A DNA stretch of 64,000 nucleotides from Klebsormidium nitens (taxonomy: Eukaryota > Plantae > Klebsormidiophyceae). The translations under genes and the position numbers were made by a program. The notes under the pieces are model-generated. The model worked only from the letters and a program-made list of their open reading frames with translations, searched no databases and had not been told where the DNA came from. The DNA is taken from positions 1-64,000 of the forward strand of contig DF237308.1 of NCBI GenBank assembly GCA_000708835.1, given 5' to 3'. Positions within the stretch are counted from its first letter, which is position 1; every line of letters starts with the position of its first letter. This document shows, in pieces, positions 49,001 through 60,585 of this stretch.

Positions 49001-50710
49001 NNNNNNNNNNNNNNNNNNNNNNNNNNNNNNNNNNNNNNNNNNNNNNNNNNNNNNNNNNNNNNNNNNNNNNNNNNNNNNNNNNNNNNNNNNNNNNNNNNNN
49101 NNNNNNNNNNNNNNNNNNNNNNNNNNNNNNNNNNNNNNNNNNNNNNNNNNNNNNNNNNNNNNNNNNNNNNNNNNNNNNNNNNNNNNNNNNNNNNNNNNNN
49201 NNNNNNNNNNNNNNNNNNNNNNNNNNNNNNNNNNNNNNNNNNNNNNNNNNNNNNNNNNNNNNNNNNNNNNNNNNNNNNNNNNNNNNNNNNNNNNNNNNNN
49301 NNNNNNNNNNNNNNNNNNNNNNNNNNNNNNNNNNNNNNNNNNNNNNNNNNNNNNNNNNNNNNNNNNNNNNNNNNNNNNNNNNNNNNNNNNNNNNNNNNNN
49401 NNNNNNNNNNNNNNNNNNNNNNNNNNNNNNNNNNNNNNNNNNNNNNNNNNNNNNNNNNNNNNNNNNNNNNNNNNNNNNNNNNNNNNNNNNNNNNNNNNNN
49501 NNNNNNNNNNTTTGGGGGGCAGCGACTGGTGGGGTGGGGGGTGGAGCTGCTGTGGGGGGGCAACTTCAGCCTCATCCACATCCATACGGACACCCCCTCC
49601 TTGCTGGTCAGGCCCCTGCTGGACATGCTGGGCCTGCTGGGGATCAACCGGAAGAGGCTCCGGCTCTTTCACCAGGAGCAGATTGTTGACGTTGCCGAGG
49701 GGGTCACGGATGCTGTGCTGGGCGTCGTCATGGCGCCACTCCCCGTCCACAATGAACTTGTACTGCAGAGGAGAGGCCGCAAAGCAGTTCACCATCTGCG
49801 CACTACGATCAATACAATCTTCCAAAAGTACTGCTAAGGAAACGCCCAGTCAAGACATCCATCAACTTATACCAAGTCAAATGCGTAATGCATGCTGCCG
49901 ATCGCTGTTTCTGAATGAGCACCACAGCTTGTACGTTAACGGTCAGCACGAAATCCGGCAAATTGCAAGGTACGCTCCCCGGGGCCACTCACCTGGTGGT
50001 AGCCAGGAGGCAGACTACAGACGACAGCGAACCAATTGTGGTGCCCATCTACCGGCGACATGGGCAGTGTTTCTCGCCACCTGCACGTACAGACATTTGC
50101 TTCGCAACTTCTGCTGACACTCAACCAGTGACCCACTGGCCAGCTTTTGTCACCAAATTCTGCCTCGGAAGCACAAACAATCCAAGGGAGGAATGCGAGC
50201 AGAAATAACATGCGATGAAATGTGAGGAAAACAGGAGGAGAAACAGGAAAAAGCAACAAAAAATGTTAAGAAACCCACTCAAGGCGGCTTGGAAACTGCC
50301 AGATGTACAGCCGTGAGCACAAATGCACTGTAAGCGCAACTGACTTGCCCAAAATGCAGTAAGTGGTCTACGGTCTACGGTCTACGGTCTAAAAAAATGA
50401 GCACAGAGCAGTAAGTAAGCTATTGCTGGCAATCTGGACACCAAACAACGAAATGATGACACTCTACGCAAAAGTTGAGGCTCGTTCAAGATGGCAAGCA
50501 CGTCAAACCATTACCAATTGTTCAGTTCCCAAGGCTGCTCCAAGAAGGATACCAATATGGCCCACCAAGGTCCTCACATTGAGCTTGAATATAATGACAG
50601 AACAGACAGCTCAAGTCTCACCTGGTGAATGAGCCGCACAAGTGAACATGCCTTCCTCCATAAGGCCACACAAATCTTGTCGGTATGAGGATGGCACCCT
50701 CCCCGTACAT
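46002..50710 (-). CDS. SNF4: SnRK1 beta-gamma subunit (SNF4/KINbetagamma: CBM48 plus CBS domains), interrupted by an assembly gap
   Basis: Exons 50710-50622, 50080-49993, 49762-48171 (gap inside), 47762-47676, 47442-47356, 46973-46840, 46511-46382, 46096-46002. CBM motifs [10 protein letters not shown]...GSFTRW and [17 protein letters not shown]; CBS motifs [77 protein letters not shown]. Confidence 0.93.
48900..49510. other. Assembly gap (611 N)
   Basis: Run of N inside the Pro/Gln/His-rich linker of SNF4. The reading frames on the two sides are offset, so the gap length is only an estimate. Confidence 0.99.
50365..50391. repeat. (GGTCTAC)n short tandem repeat in a SNF4 intron
   Basis: About 4 copies of a 7-mer. 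Confidence 0.9.
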
Positions 50711-51649
50711 CGTGACTTCTGTCTAAACTCCAACAACAGGTGGATAGAAATCTCAATATGCCGTGGACATGTCTCCTACATGCTGACTGAAGGTTGTCCC
50801 CTGGTGCTCATAAAGCCCTCCGAAATTCCTCTAGAACACCGAATTCATCTTAGAAAAGCAGTGTCCTACCGGAGCACCTAGCGGCCCCTGCCAGCGTTTT
50901 GAACAAGAAAGACCACACAGATTGCATTTCCCTTCGACTTTTCCTTACAATCTCAGCACCAAGTTCCCTGACCGCCGAGCTCAAGACTGACCCGTTTCTA
51001 AGTTGAGATGTTTACCGCTTGCGCCAAAAGCCTGAGCTTCTCTGCATTGACACTGCGATCCCTCCTTGCACCTCGCCCGCCAAGAAAAGGTAAAACAGGG
51101 GAGTTTCAGCAGCAAAATGCCAGGCGGCCGATTATGATTGTGCACTCAGCGCGCCATCTTCCTCATGTCAAACTAGGGCAGAGTGCTTTTTGCCGCGACA
51201 GTGGACGAAGTATATTAATCACGGTAGAGACGGCGCCGTCGTGGCAAGAAGGCACTTGAGAATCAGAGACTCTCGTGAACTCCCAGCCAGAGAAAACAAC
51301 TTCTCTGTTCAATAGCTCGCAAAAGTTGTAAAACCGACGGCTACAGATCGTCGGCGGGTTCCAGATTTAGTCTGTTCAGAGTGCCACGTAGGCTTATCCA
51401 TGCCCCCCCCATCGCAGCGTGGATGTAAATCTGCAGCGCGCTAGGAAAGAAAAGCAGGTGACGTACTGAACTGCAAAGCGCCTTGAAAAGGCGACTTTTT
51501 GGCGCCTGCAAATGCAGCAGTGCGCACGGTAGAGGGTCACGTCGCTTAGTCAGGAGGCGTCTAGTTTCGTATCTTTATAGTTAGCCCTGTGAACCTCGTT
51601 GATCACTGTCTTTTGTGGTTGCTGAGCAGCTGGATAGAATTGTTGCACA
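50711..51649. promoter_or_regulatory. Putative bidirectional promoter SNF4/SHMT
   Basis: 939 bp separate two divergent start codons. Confidence 0.5.
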
Positions 51650-54600
51650 ATGGCGGCTTCCGTTGCTGGTCGGCGTTTGGGCTCTCAGCTGAATCGGTTT
51701 GTAGCAACTTTGAGGCCTCTGTCGGTGAATTCCGGAAACGCTTTGCAAGCGACGCGGGATTTTGGGGTAAGTGGCTGCTGAACGCCCAGTAAAGTCCAGC
51801 AAAAATCTGCCCAATTGGGCTAGGATGCGCTCACAGAGTGTCTACTTCTGGGCTGTAAGTTGAGAACAACTGAACTTTGGCAGGGAGTGGGGTTTACGCT
51901 GCGAACTGCTGAAACGTTCCGGGTAGAGAGGTTGGCGCTGCGTTGCTTCTCCGTGTGCATATGTGAAAATTCGTTTCGTCTTTATGCCGCCTCGAGCTTC
52001 TTGAAAGCCAGTCTAAGTGGGCTTCCATCTTCAACCTGGTAAGTGGTGGACGCTCCGCCGTTGTACGCCTATTATATGTTTCTTGCCTGAAGACTTTGGG
52101 GCTGGGAAATCCTTCCAGATCTCGGTATCACTCAATCTGGATGATACCTGTCAAAGTTGGTGTCCAAGCATTTCGCTTTTTCTGCTCCTGACAGGTTGGT
52201 ACAAATGAGGATGCATATGCCCAGCTTGACAGCAAGAAAGGGGCGACGGTGAGTTTGTATCTTTCTCTATAGCACCATTTGTGGTGAAGATCGATCGCAG
52301 GCTTGTGTGAAATTGCGCGCAACAATTGCACTATCCATCATAAGCCTCTCTATCACTGAGGATCATGCAATTGGAAGAATTGTAATACTAATAGTTGCTC
52401 GCCTTTTCTCTGATACAGTTGCTGTGTTTTTGTCTGCAGTGGCCTCGGTTTCTAAATAAGCCACTAGCAGAGGTGGATCCCGAGTTGAATGACATCATTG
52501 AGAAGGAGAAGAATAGGCAATGGAAGGTACGGGAAGGCTTTGCTGCAAGTTGATGCCTGCGCGAACACACCCAGATTGCTTTTGTCTGTCTACCCTGGGG
52601 AGTTTTGTGCGAGTGGTTGCTTGCAAGATGCATGAAGCCTGGGGTGATTGTCGCTCCAACCGCCTGATATTGTGTTGGAAAGGGGAGGATTCTGGACAGT
52701 GGCTTCTTGATTGTGTGTCTGATAATTCTTAGGTGTTCTCTTTCCAAATTTCTGGAAGGTGCTTGGATTTCAGTTTGGTTCTGCACCTACAGTCGTTCTC
52801 ATATCTCATATCTGGTACGTCTTTTCCGTCCAGGGGCTCGAGCTCATCCCTTCAGAGAACTTCACTTCTTTATCCGTGCTCGAAGCGGTGGGGTCAGTCA
52901 TGACTAACAAATATAGTGAAGGTTACCCTGGGGCGAGGTACTATGGTGGCAATGAGTAAGTTAATCAGATTGATGCTTCTGCTCAATCATTTCATCCTTG
53001 GATGTTCAATTGCACAATATTATGGTTGCAAAAGCCTATAGTGAAAGTTTCCAATAGTTGCATGAAGGGTTCATAAGTATTGAACTTGGTTTCCATGCTG
53101 GTTGCTGCCGCAAAGATCGATCACAAAGATCATAGTCGGTTCTATATCCTTGTGGACTGTTTGGTGTGCAGGTTCATTGACCAGGCAGAACTCATGTGTC
53201 AGGAGCGCGCGTTGAAAGCCTTTAGACTAGACCCCGAGCAGTGGGGAGGTGAGATGCCGAAGAATAGCCCTTTCCTTCCAGTGCCAATGTTGAAGCAAAC
53301 TTGCCGGAAGGAACTTGCAAGAAGCAAGGTCCGCAAGCATCACTCTGGGTTTGTCAAGAATCCAGAGCCTTTCCGAAGTTTTTCAGCGAGCTCTTTAAAT
53401 CCTTTGTCGTTGTGGGATGGGAATGTACAATTTGGGCTGTAGTTGGACTAAATGAGCCAAGCAGGGCTTGTAGTGGAAGCAGCTTCATTTAATTGCCCCT
53501 GCTCTGCAGTGAACGTGCAAGCTCTTTCCGGGTCTCCAGCCAACTTCGCGGTCTACACTGCCTTGCTGAAACCCCACGAGCGAATCATGGCACTTGACTT
53601 GCCGCATGGGGGTCACTTGTCTCACGGGTATCAGGTAAGTAGAGGGCGGTGTGTCAGTCAGGTCCTTCATGCCGACAGCAATGATCAGATTGCTATCTGT
53701 TGGATGCAGTTATCACCACTGTCTCCTCTGATCATGCGCCAACAGTCTGGAGGAGAAATCACACGTGTTGTGGTGTGAGCCTTGACTTCTGACGGAACGC
53801 GCTTGTCAGCTCAGACTCGCTTGTTCTTTTCAGTAGCAGCTCATTGATGTCCGAGTGTATCTCGTATCTTCAGGGCCAATTTTGACGCTCAAGAACACCT
53901 ATTGCTGCCTGTCTTGCAGACTGACACTAGGAAGATCAGTGCCGTCTCTGTATATTTCGAGACTATGCCCTACCGCCTGGATGAGAAGACAGGGTACATC
54001 GACTACGACACTTTGGAAGCGAACGCGAAGCTCTTCCGGCCAAAGATCCTCATTGCTGGCTCAAGTGCGTCTTCCAGGCACATTGACTACGCAAGAATGA
54101 GGAAGGTACGGCTTTATCTGCCCACCTGACTTGAGCAGAACGTCCTGATGTCTCGTTTGATGGGGTGGTGTTTCGCGCACATTCAGGCGTTGTGATGTGA
54201 TGCTGCGCATGGGAATTGCCCCTTGCAATGACGGTGGTCTGCTTGAACAGGGGCTGGCTTGCAGGACCGTTTGCCGACTCCTCCGATTGCTACGAATGCA
54301 GTTGCAGGCCAGTGTTGGAGACCCGAGCTCTACTTGTACAGGCCGTCATATGGCATCCAAGGATTTGTTTACTGGCCCTCTGCAACGGCATACTGAGCAT
54401 GTTTTCCCCATGTTAATGGCATTGGCGTTCATTTGCAGGTGTAATTATAGTTCGCAGCACTTTCTGTCATCATAATCCTTCCAAGGCAATTTCCGCGCCC
54501 AATGCTTGCGCCTTCTTGTGCAGATTGCTGACAACCAGGGCGCCTATCTTCTGGCGGACATGGCTCACATCAGCGGCCTCGTGGCTGCCGGTGTTGTGCC

Positions 54601-56962
54601 GAGCCCCTTCGACTATGCTGACGTCGTCACCACCACGACGCACAAGTCCCTGAGGGGCCCTCGGGGGTCCATGATCTTCTTCAGGAAGGGCTTGAAGGGA
54701 AAGGACAAGAAGGGCAAGGAGGTGAGCACCACTCCTCCTCATTTCCTGCGTCCGCTGGACCTGTCGCTTCACTACTTGGTAGTGTCTTCGACACTGTTTT
54801 TGCAGCTGTTTGACGGGATCGCAAAGGACGTGGTAAACGAGTTCGCAAATAACGTGGCACATGAGCTTTCCGAAGACTCACAAGGCTTCGGAGCACTGGT
54901 CAATTAGTGCATGACATTTAAGCTGCGGCCCAGGGGTGCCTTGTTGGGCCTCAAACCTTCAAGGGTTCCTGTTGTGTAGTGTTCAAATTGGTCATGTCAG
55001 TGTAAGCTATTTCTGACGCTCTTCCTCCTCCTCCGTTGCTCCTCTGCGTTCGACTCGAACCACTGAGCGGCCCGCTTGTTTTGTTGCGTGCATTCAGATC
55101 TACTACGACTTGGAGGACCCTATCAACTACGCGGTGTTCCCGCGGTTGCAAGGTGGCCCTCACAACCACACCATCTCCGCACTGGCTGTCGCCCTCAAGC
55201 AGGTGAATAAAGACGGAAAGGACCGCTTGGTTTGGAAATGCTTTCTCATGCAAGTTACTTTTCACAGTCGCTGTGTGCAGGTCGGAAGCTTCCTGCACTT
55301 GCACCTTCCAAGTGGTTTGACTTTCGTCAAGTTTGGATGTTGTTAACCATTGGTCGCGAGTGGTTCCGCATCGCTGCAGTTTCATTTGTTGTCGGAAGGC
55401 GGTTTTTTCACGGCCCCAGCTTGTGCGTTTTGAATTGCAACCAGTTGAATGTTCCCTTGAAACGACGGATCTCAATGCTTCTTCCTTGTGCAGGCTGCCG
55501 GCCCTGAGTTCAAGGCTTACCAAGAGCAGGTCGTCAGCAACTCGAGGTCGTTTGCGAAGGTAAGCTGCTCACAGCTGGCTGTTGGTTCGGAGACAGTCTA
55601 GGTTGCACCTTTCAACCTGCCTTCGACATACGAGGCCCCGACAGTGGCCGAAGTTCGATGTAGTCAGAATACTCTCGGTCAGCGAACAATCTTGTAACAC
55701 CGGGAGCTGAGTGCAGGCGCTGATGGAGAAGGGGTACACTCTGGTCGCGGGGGGCACGGACAACCACTTGGTCCTCGTCGACCTGAAGCCCCAGGGCGTG
55801 GACGGGTCGCGGGTCGAGAGGGTGATGGAGCTCGCCCACATCGCCGCCAACAAGAACACCGTGCCCGGGGACGTCAGCGCCATGGTGCCGGGAGGAGTTC
55901 GCATGGGTGAGCCGCACCAGCATGCCTGGCTCTAGATTCTTCTAGGAAGTGGCCCGGTGGAGCGGGGCAGTAAATTTGGGTCGTGCGCTCACTTGCTGGG
56001 TTGTGGGAGGGCATACTTATCTGAGTCAATGAGAGATAAACGGGTTTTATCTTTCTAAGCCATGGTCTCTTCTCTTAGTCCCCTGCTAGGAACAAAATCG
56101 TAAGTACCGAGTTTTAAATTGGTTGCTACATGGATTCTTTAGCAGGATCCTGGAGCATATAAGAAGTCGCCTTCCTTACTTTGCAGATTTTTTTTTAGGT
56201 TTGCATACAGTTAATTGCACAACAAAAATTGCACAACAAAAGTCGCCTGCAACACCTACCCCGTCGAAAGCAAAGGTGATCTTCTGTAGAAGTGCCGTTT
56301 CGAAGAAACAGATGTGCGCAGAACCGTCGGCAGGTGCGATGCGCGCCGTTGGATCGCTCTACTGGCATCAAATGGTCAAGGCCAGGTTGTGTTATCGTTG
56401 AACCTGCAGTTTCTTCGGTGTTCTTTCAGTTCATTTTCGTGTATTGACCACGCTGTATTTGCAGGCACCCCCGCGTTGACCACCAGGGGTTTTGTTGATG
56501 AGGACTTCGTCAAGGTTGCTGACTGCTTCGACAAGGCTGTCAAGATTGCAGTCAAGGTCAAGAAGGAAGTTGGTAAGGCAGCTTTTTCCTGAACGCTCCA
56601 ACAGTCGATTCTCGCCCCACGAAGGTAATTGTCGGGTTTGTTGTTGTCTCGACGTCATCTCGGTGATTGTGACTTCTCGTGAAAGTTCAAGGAAATTCGT
56701 GCATGATGTTGTGGTTTTAATCAGTTCTTGAACCATCATCAGAAGCGCACACGGAGTCGCTTGGCTGCTCAAATAGCTCTCTTCTATAGCCTCTCAAAAT
56801 ACATCTTGTCTTGCAGGGGGCAAGCTCAAGGACTTCCGTGAGGCGGTTGAGAAGGACCCCTATAAGTCTGACATCGACTCACTAAGGCAGGAGGTTGAGG
56901 AGTTCGCGAAGCAGTTCCCTACAATTGGCTTTGAGAAGGCCGACATGAAGTACACCGACTAG
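51650..56962 (+). CDS. SHMT: Serine hydroxymethyltransferase, mitochondrial type (SHM1/2-like), ~526 aa, 13 exons
   Basis: Exons 51650-51766, 52195-52248, 52440-52526, 52834-52955, 53172-53248, 53510-53634, 53920-54105, 54524-54721, 55098-55202, 55494-55559, 55717-55906, 56465-56572, 56817-56962 (1581 nt). Motifs [35 protein letters not shown]-lysine [31 protein letters not shown]. The N-terminus is Arg/Ser-rich with no acidic residues in its first ~35 aa. Exons 1-2 are less certain. Confidence 0.95.
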
Positions 56963-57970
56963 ACCATGCAAAACATTTTTGCAAGGTAACACGTTCCATG
57001 AGTGACCGAGGTGCTCTCTCTCTTCAGGCATTACCTTGCTTATCTCAGAAGGAGCTAGGTTTAGTGCTTCCAAGGTTTTAGATAAGTGGATCTTTGAGAC
57101 CATCAGAGTACTGGCAATGTTACTCATATTGGTATGCCACCGGGGACGACATGCACCATATTTGTGTACATACCAGCTTATGCCGGTCGTTTGTCTGTGG
57201 CGGTCGCCGCGTCTGCAATTGATCGGATCAATTATTCCTTTCGAGGATCGGAGGTTATGCATCAAGCATACATGCATTGAGATGATCGTGTTTATTTAGT
57301 GGCAAGTTTAGCATGTAACACACATATATATACGAAATTCTAATCCATATGCAGTGGAGTAAGCTCAATCAAAGAAAGTGTGCAGCGATCCGCAAGTGCC
57401 GCAATGTTCCGAAATGAAGCTTTCCGAAAGCTGGTGAAGCTAGTTCACACGGGCCTGCATTTAAATCGTTTTGGCATGACCATGCAGCCGGACCGTCTTA
57501 GTGGTGAAAACTTCAGCTGCACAATCCTATAGTATCACTGCAGCTGCGCGACGCGATCTGACTATATATATAAACTTTGGCTCATTTACCAGGATGTAGC
57601 CGGTTGCGCCATGCTTGATGTTTGACCATATACAAGGCCCAGCTCCGGTGCAGTATTTGTACTGCAACTAACGGGACGATCGACACAAGTAAGAGGACTC
57701 CGGAATCGACTGATTGCATCATGGCGTCACTCCGGGGCGCCTCATGACTTCAAATAAAACCTGCGGCAAGGCATTGAGGGAGCAGGCTGTATATTGCAGC
57801 ATACACCACCCCAATAAGCTCGTTGCACAAACCTCAGGCTCTATTACTTCGTCTACGCAAGCGCTGTACGCCACAGCTGTGAAGGGCGTCACCAAGAAGC
57901 CCCCTAGAAGCCCCCTATTTCTACAATATACACAACGTTTAACACAAAGACTCCACCACAAGAGCGACAT

Positions 57971-60044
57971 TTACAGGATGACGCAGCAACTGTTGGCCTT
58001 CTTTGCTTGCTTATAGAATACCTGTACGAATGTAATACATGGTTTAGACAACAGGTTTCTATTTGTTCGAGACACCCTTTCCTTTGCTTGATTCGAAGGC
58101 TACCATCAAATATAAAACAGCTCGTATGTAGAAGCTTGACCAACTTGATGTGAGAGATCAAGAACAACATGACGTGGAAAACATGAGGGCAATTTGCAAT
58201 CGTAGTGACCTCACCTGTGATGCCATGCTCAAATCCGTGCTCTTCTCAACAAGACTGTCAAGCTTCTCCCCCCGGGCTAAAACACTGTCAATCGTCTTGT
58301 GCTGCACGACAGAAACTCGTCTCGATTAGAGTCCATTCAGAGTCGCCCTGCTGATCTTGGTAGGAGAGAATTGGCAGGGACATCGGTTCAACAATGAGCG
58401 CCTATTCGTCTTACTCGACATTCAATTTCGCCGCATGAACAACATCGGCGAAATGTTGTCGATAATTTCGAGCGATTTGGGTACTTCTCTGGACAGCAGA
58501 CACCAGTTACGCACAGTTCATGGTGCAACGTTTACAAATCTGCAACAAGCACTAAACTAATTCACTGGAATTGCGAACCAAGCCTTTCAATCTTGACTCA
58601 CCAGAATAATCTTCGTTTCGTCCAGATCCCGCTGTATCTTCGTAAGCTTGTCCGCTTCGGAAGGATCCTGCCCAAAAAACAACATGGCTTTTGGGAAAGC
58701 TTAGAATAACCTGTGACCTGGATTGAAATTTCGAAACCATGACCAAATTCGACTTACGAAGTTCCCCAACTTGTACCAAGGGAGGGGTGAAACTGGTTGC
58801 GAACACGTGAACTTGCAATTCATCCGTCCAGGAAAGCTCACCTGGTATTTGACGAGCGCCTCTTGGAGCCATGGTACAGAGTCTTTGTTGTCTGTTGTAA
58901 TACTTGACCAGGAACCGACCGCCTGCCTCTCATACTCTTCCAGAATCTGCAACAAAAACGTACGTCCTATCGGCACAGGTTTGCCATGGAACTGAACCTC
59001 GTCTTTTCGCAATAGTTCAATGCCTGAACGCGCCAATCTTTCAATTGGTGTTTCGAGACGGTTTTATTGAGCCCCAAGGCGGCATGTGGACACAGCCAAA
59101 CTCGCCATCTTTTGTTGACAAACTGCATCAGCAAAGCCCAGTTATGAACAGGAGAACAAACATCGCCAGAAGAACTTTAAGATAAGAACTTCTCAGGGCT
59201 GGCGCATGCTGCTTAGAAGGTGGGGGAAAGGAACAGGATACCGACAGCCCGATACTCAACCGTCAGGTTGATATGACGCCAGGAAAACTTGTTACTTACC
59301 AGTTCGTTCCCTCTGAGCACATCCTAAAAACGAGACGGCATAAAATGGATGAATGTCCAACTCGAACTGCGACTGTCCACCCATATCTTCAGGACTTGAG
59401 GCTCTAGAGGGACCCGTGTGGTCAGATGGTGGCAGGTTCATTCCCCTTTGGTTAAGTGCTGCCTTTCATTGTGTCAGAACCTCAAGCTGCCATGCTCACC
59501 TTATTGATGACTGAAAACGCCCCTCGAAGCGGATACGCTCTGTCAACAAATGCTAACCCGAGCAGACCGTTTTTGTTGTAGCAATGAACCATGTACTCTG
59601 TAGAGTAAGAACGAAGAAAGTCAGTGCGTCCAGAAAGCATTAAAACCAGCTGAAGCCCTTGAGGCCCCTTGAGGGGCAGACTCTAGCAGGCTGGACTGCA
59701 ATGAACGGCAGCAACTTCTGTACTCTGACACCACAGCAACCTTGCAATAAAAGACACCCGCCGCTGGTGCAAACACTAGGCTCCATCTGTGATCTTAGTT
59801 ATTGAACCAAGATCGCCTTGTGCAGTCCTGACAAGATGGAACACTGCTCACCTTCATGCTCCACACTTTGCCGTCGTTGCAGGGGAGTCCTCTTACCAAC
59901 CGTCCTTGAAACAAAGATGATCATTTCTCGGACAGAGCTCCGCTGGAAGTACCCAAAGTTGCTGACGTCACTCGCGTTTGCAAGGAGAGTAGGGTCTGCG
60001 GTATCGCCATTGAATTTGAGGATCGTCAGTGCCGTGATCTTCAT
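57971..60044 (-). CDS. YKT6: YKT6 longin R-SNARE, 199 aa, 6 exons
   Basis: Exons 60044-59852, 59597-59500, 58946-58842, 58667-58602, 58301-58215, 58021-57971 (600 nt). Motifs [64 protein letters not shown], C-terminal CCVIL prenylation/palmitoylation motif. Confidence 0.96.
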
Positions 60045-60585
60045 CGTTTGTCCTTGTTGAAGACACGCTGCTCAAGCTTTCTACAAAAGTGCGAACAGTA
60101 CTTTCATGCAGCGATGGATTCTGACCTGAGATGGCTAACTTCAGCTGGAAATAATGTGAATCAAAACCAAGGCGCATGTCCACCCCTGCAACTTCAAGAA
60201 GGATCTGAAGCCTGAAGGCTCCTGATCTCACGTTTCCAACAGAGAGAGCATGGGGAAAGAGGTTCCGTATCAACCGTAGAGTGTGGGGAAGAAGAATTGC
60301 ACTGTACGCATGACGAGAACCCTAAACGCGTACGTCATACACCATGTTTTGTCTGGCCCGCCGCCCAGTTCTGCTTGCGGCTGCCTGGTGCCAGCATGGC
60401 ACCAGGTCCTTGGAAGTTGGGTCCAGCTCATTGGGATCAGCATTTGTCCCTGATAGTTAATTATAATAGGCTGTAGCGGTGCCATTCCGGTTCGCATCAG
60501 GAGCCTTCATGCAGGTGTGAAGCTCCTCCTTTTGCTCTTCCATTTTGATTGGAACAAGGCAACCTTGTTGCAGCTGGCAGCAAAA
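60045..60585. promoter_or_regulatory. Putative bidirectional promoter YKT6/GDT1-like
   Basis: 541 bp separate two divergent start codons; includes a telo-box-like AACCCTAAA near 60318. Confidence 0.5.

Noticed and set aside
48522-50117. Several 280-530-aa ORFs spanning 48-50 kb
   Set aside because: Artefacts of translating through the 611-N gap; the real coding parts belong to SNF4.
51886-52037. Possible SHMT micro-exons (about 51886-51922 and 52012-52038)
   Set aside because: AG/GT-bounded and frame-preserving, but not needed for a normal-length protein; cannot be supported without RNA data.
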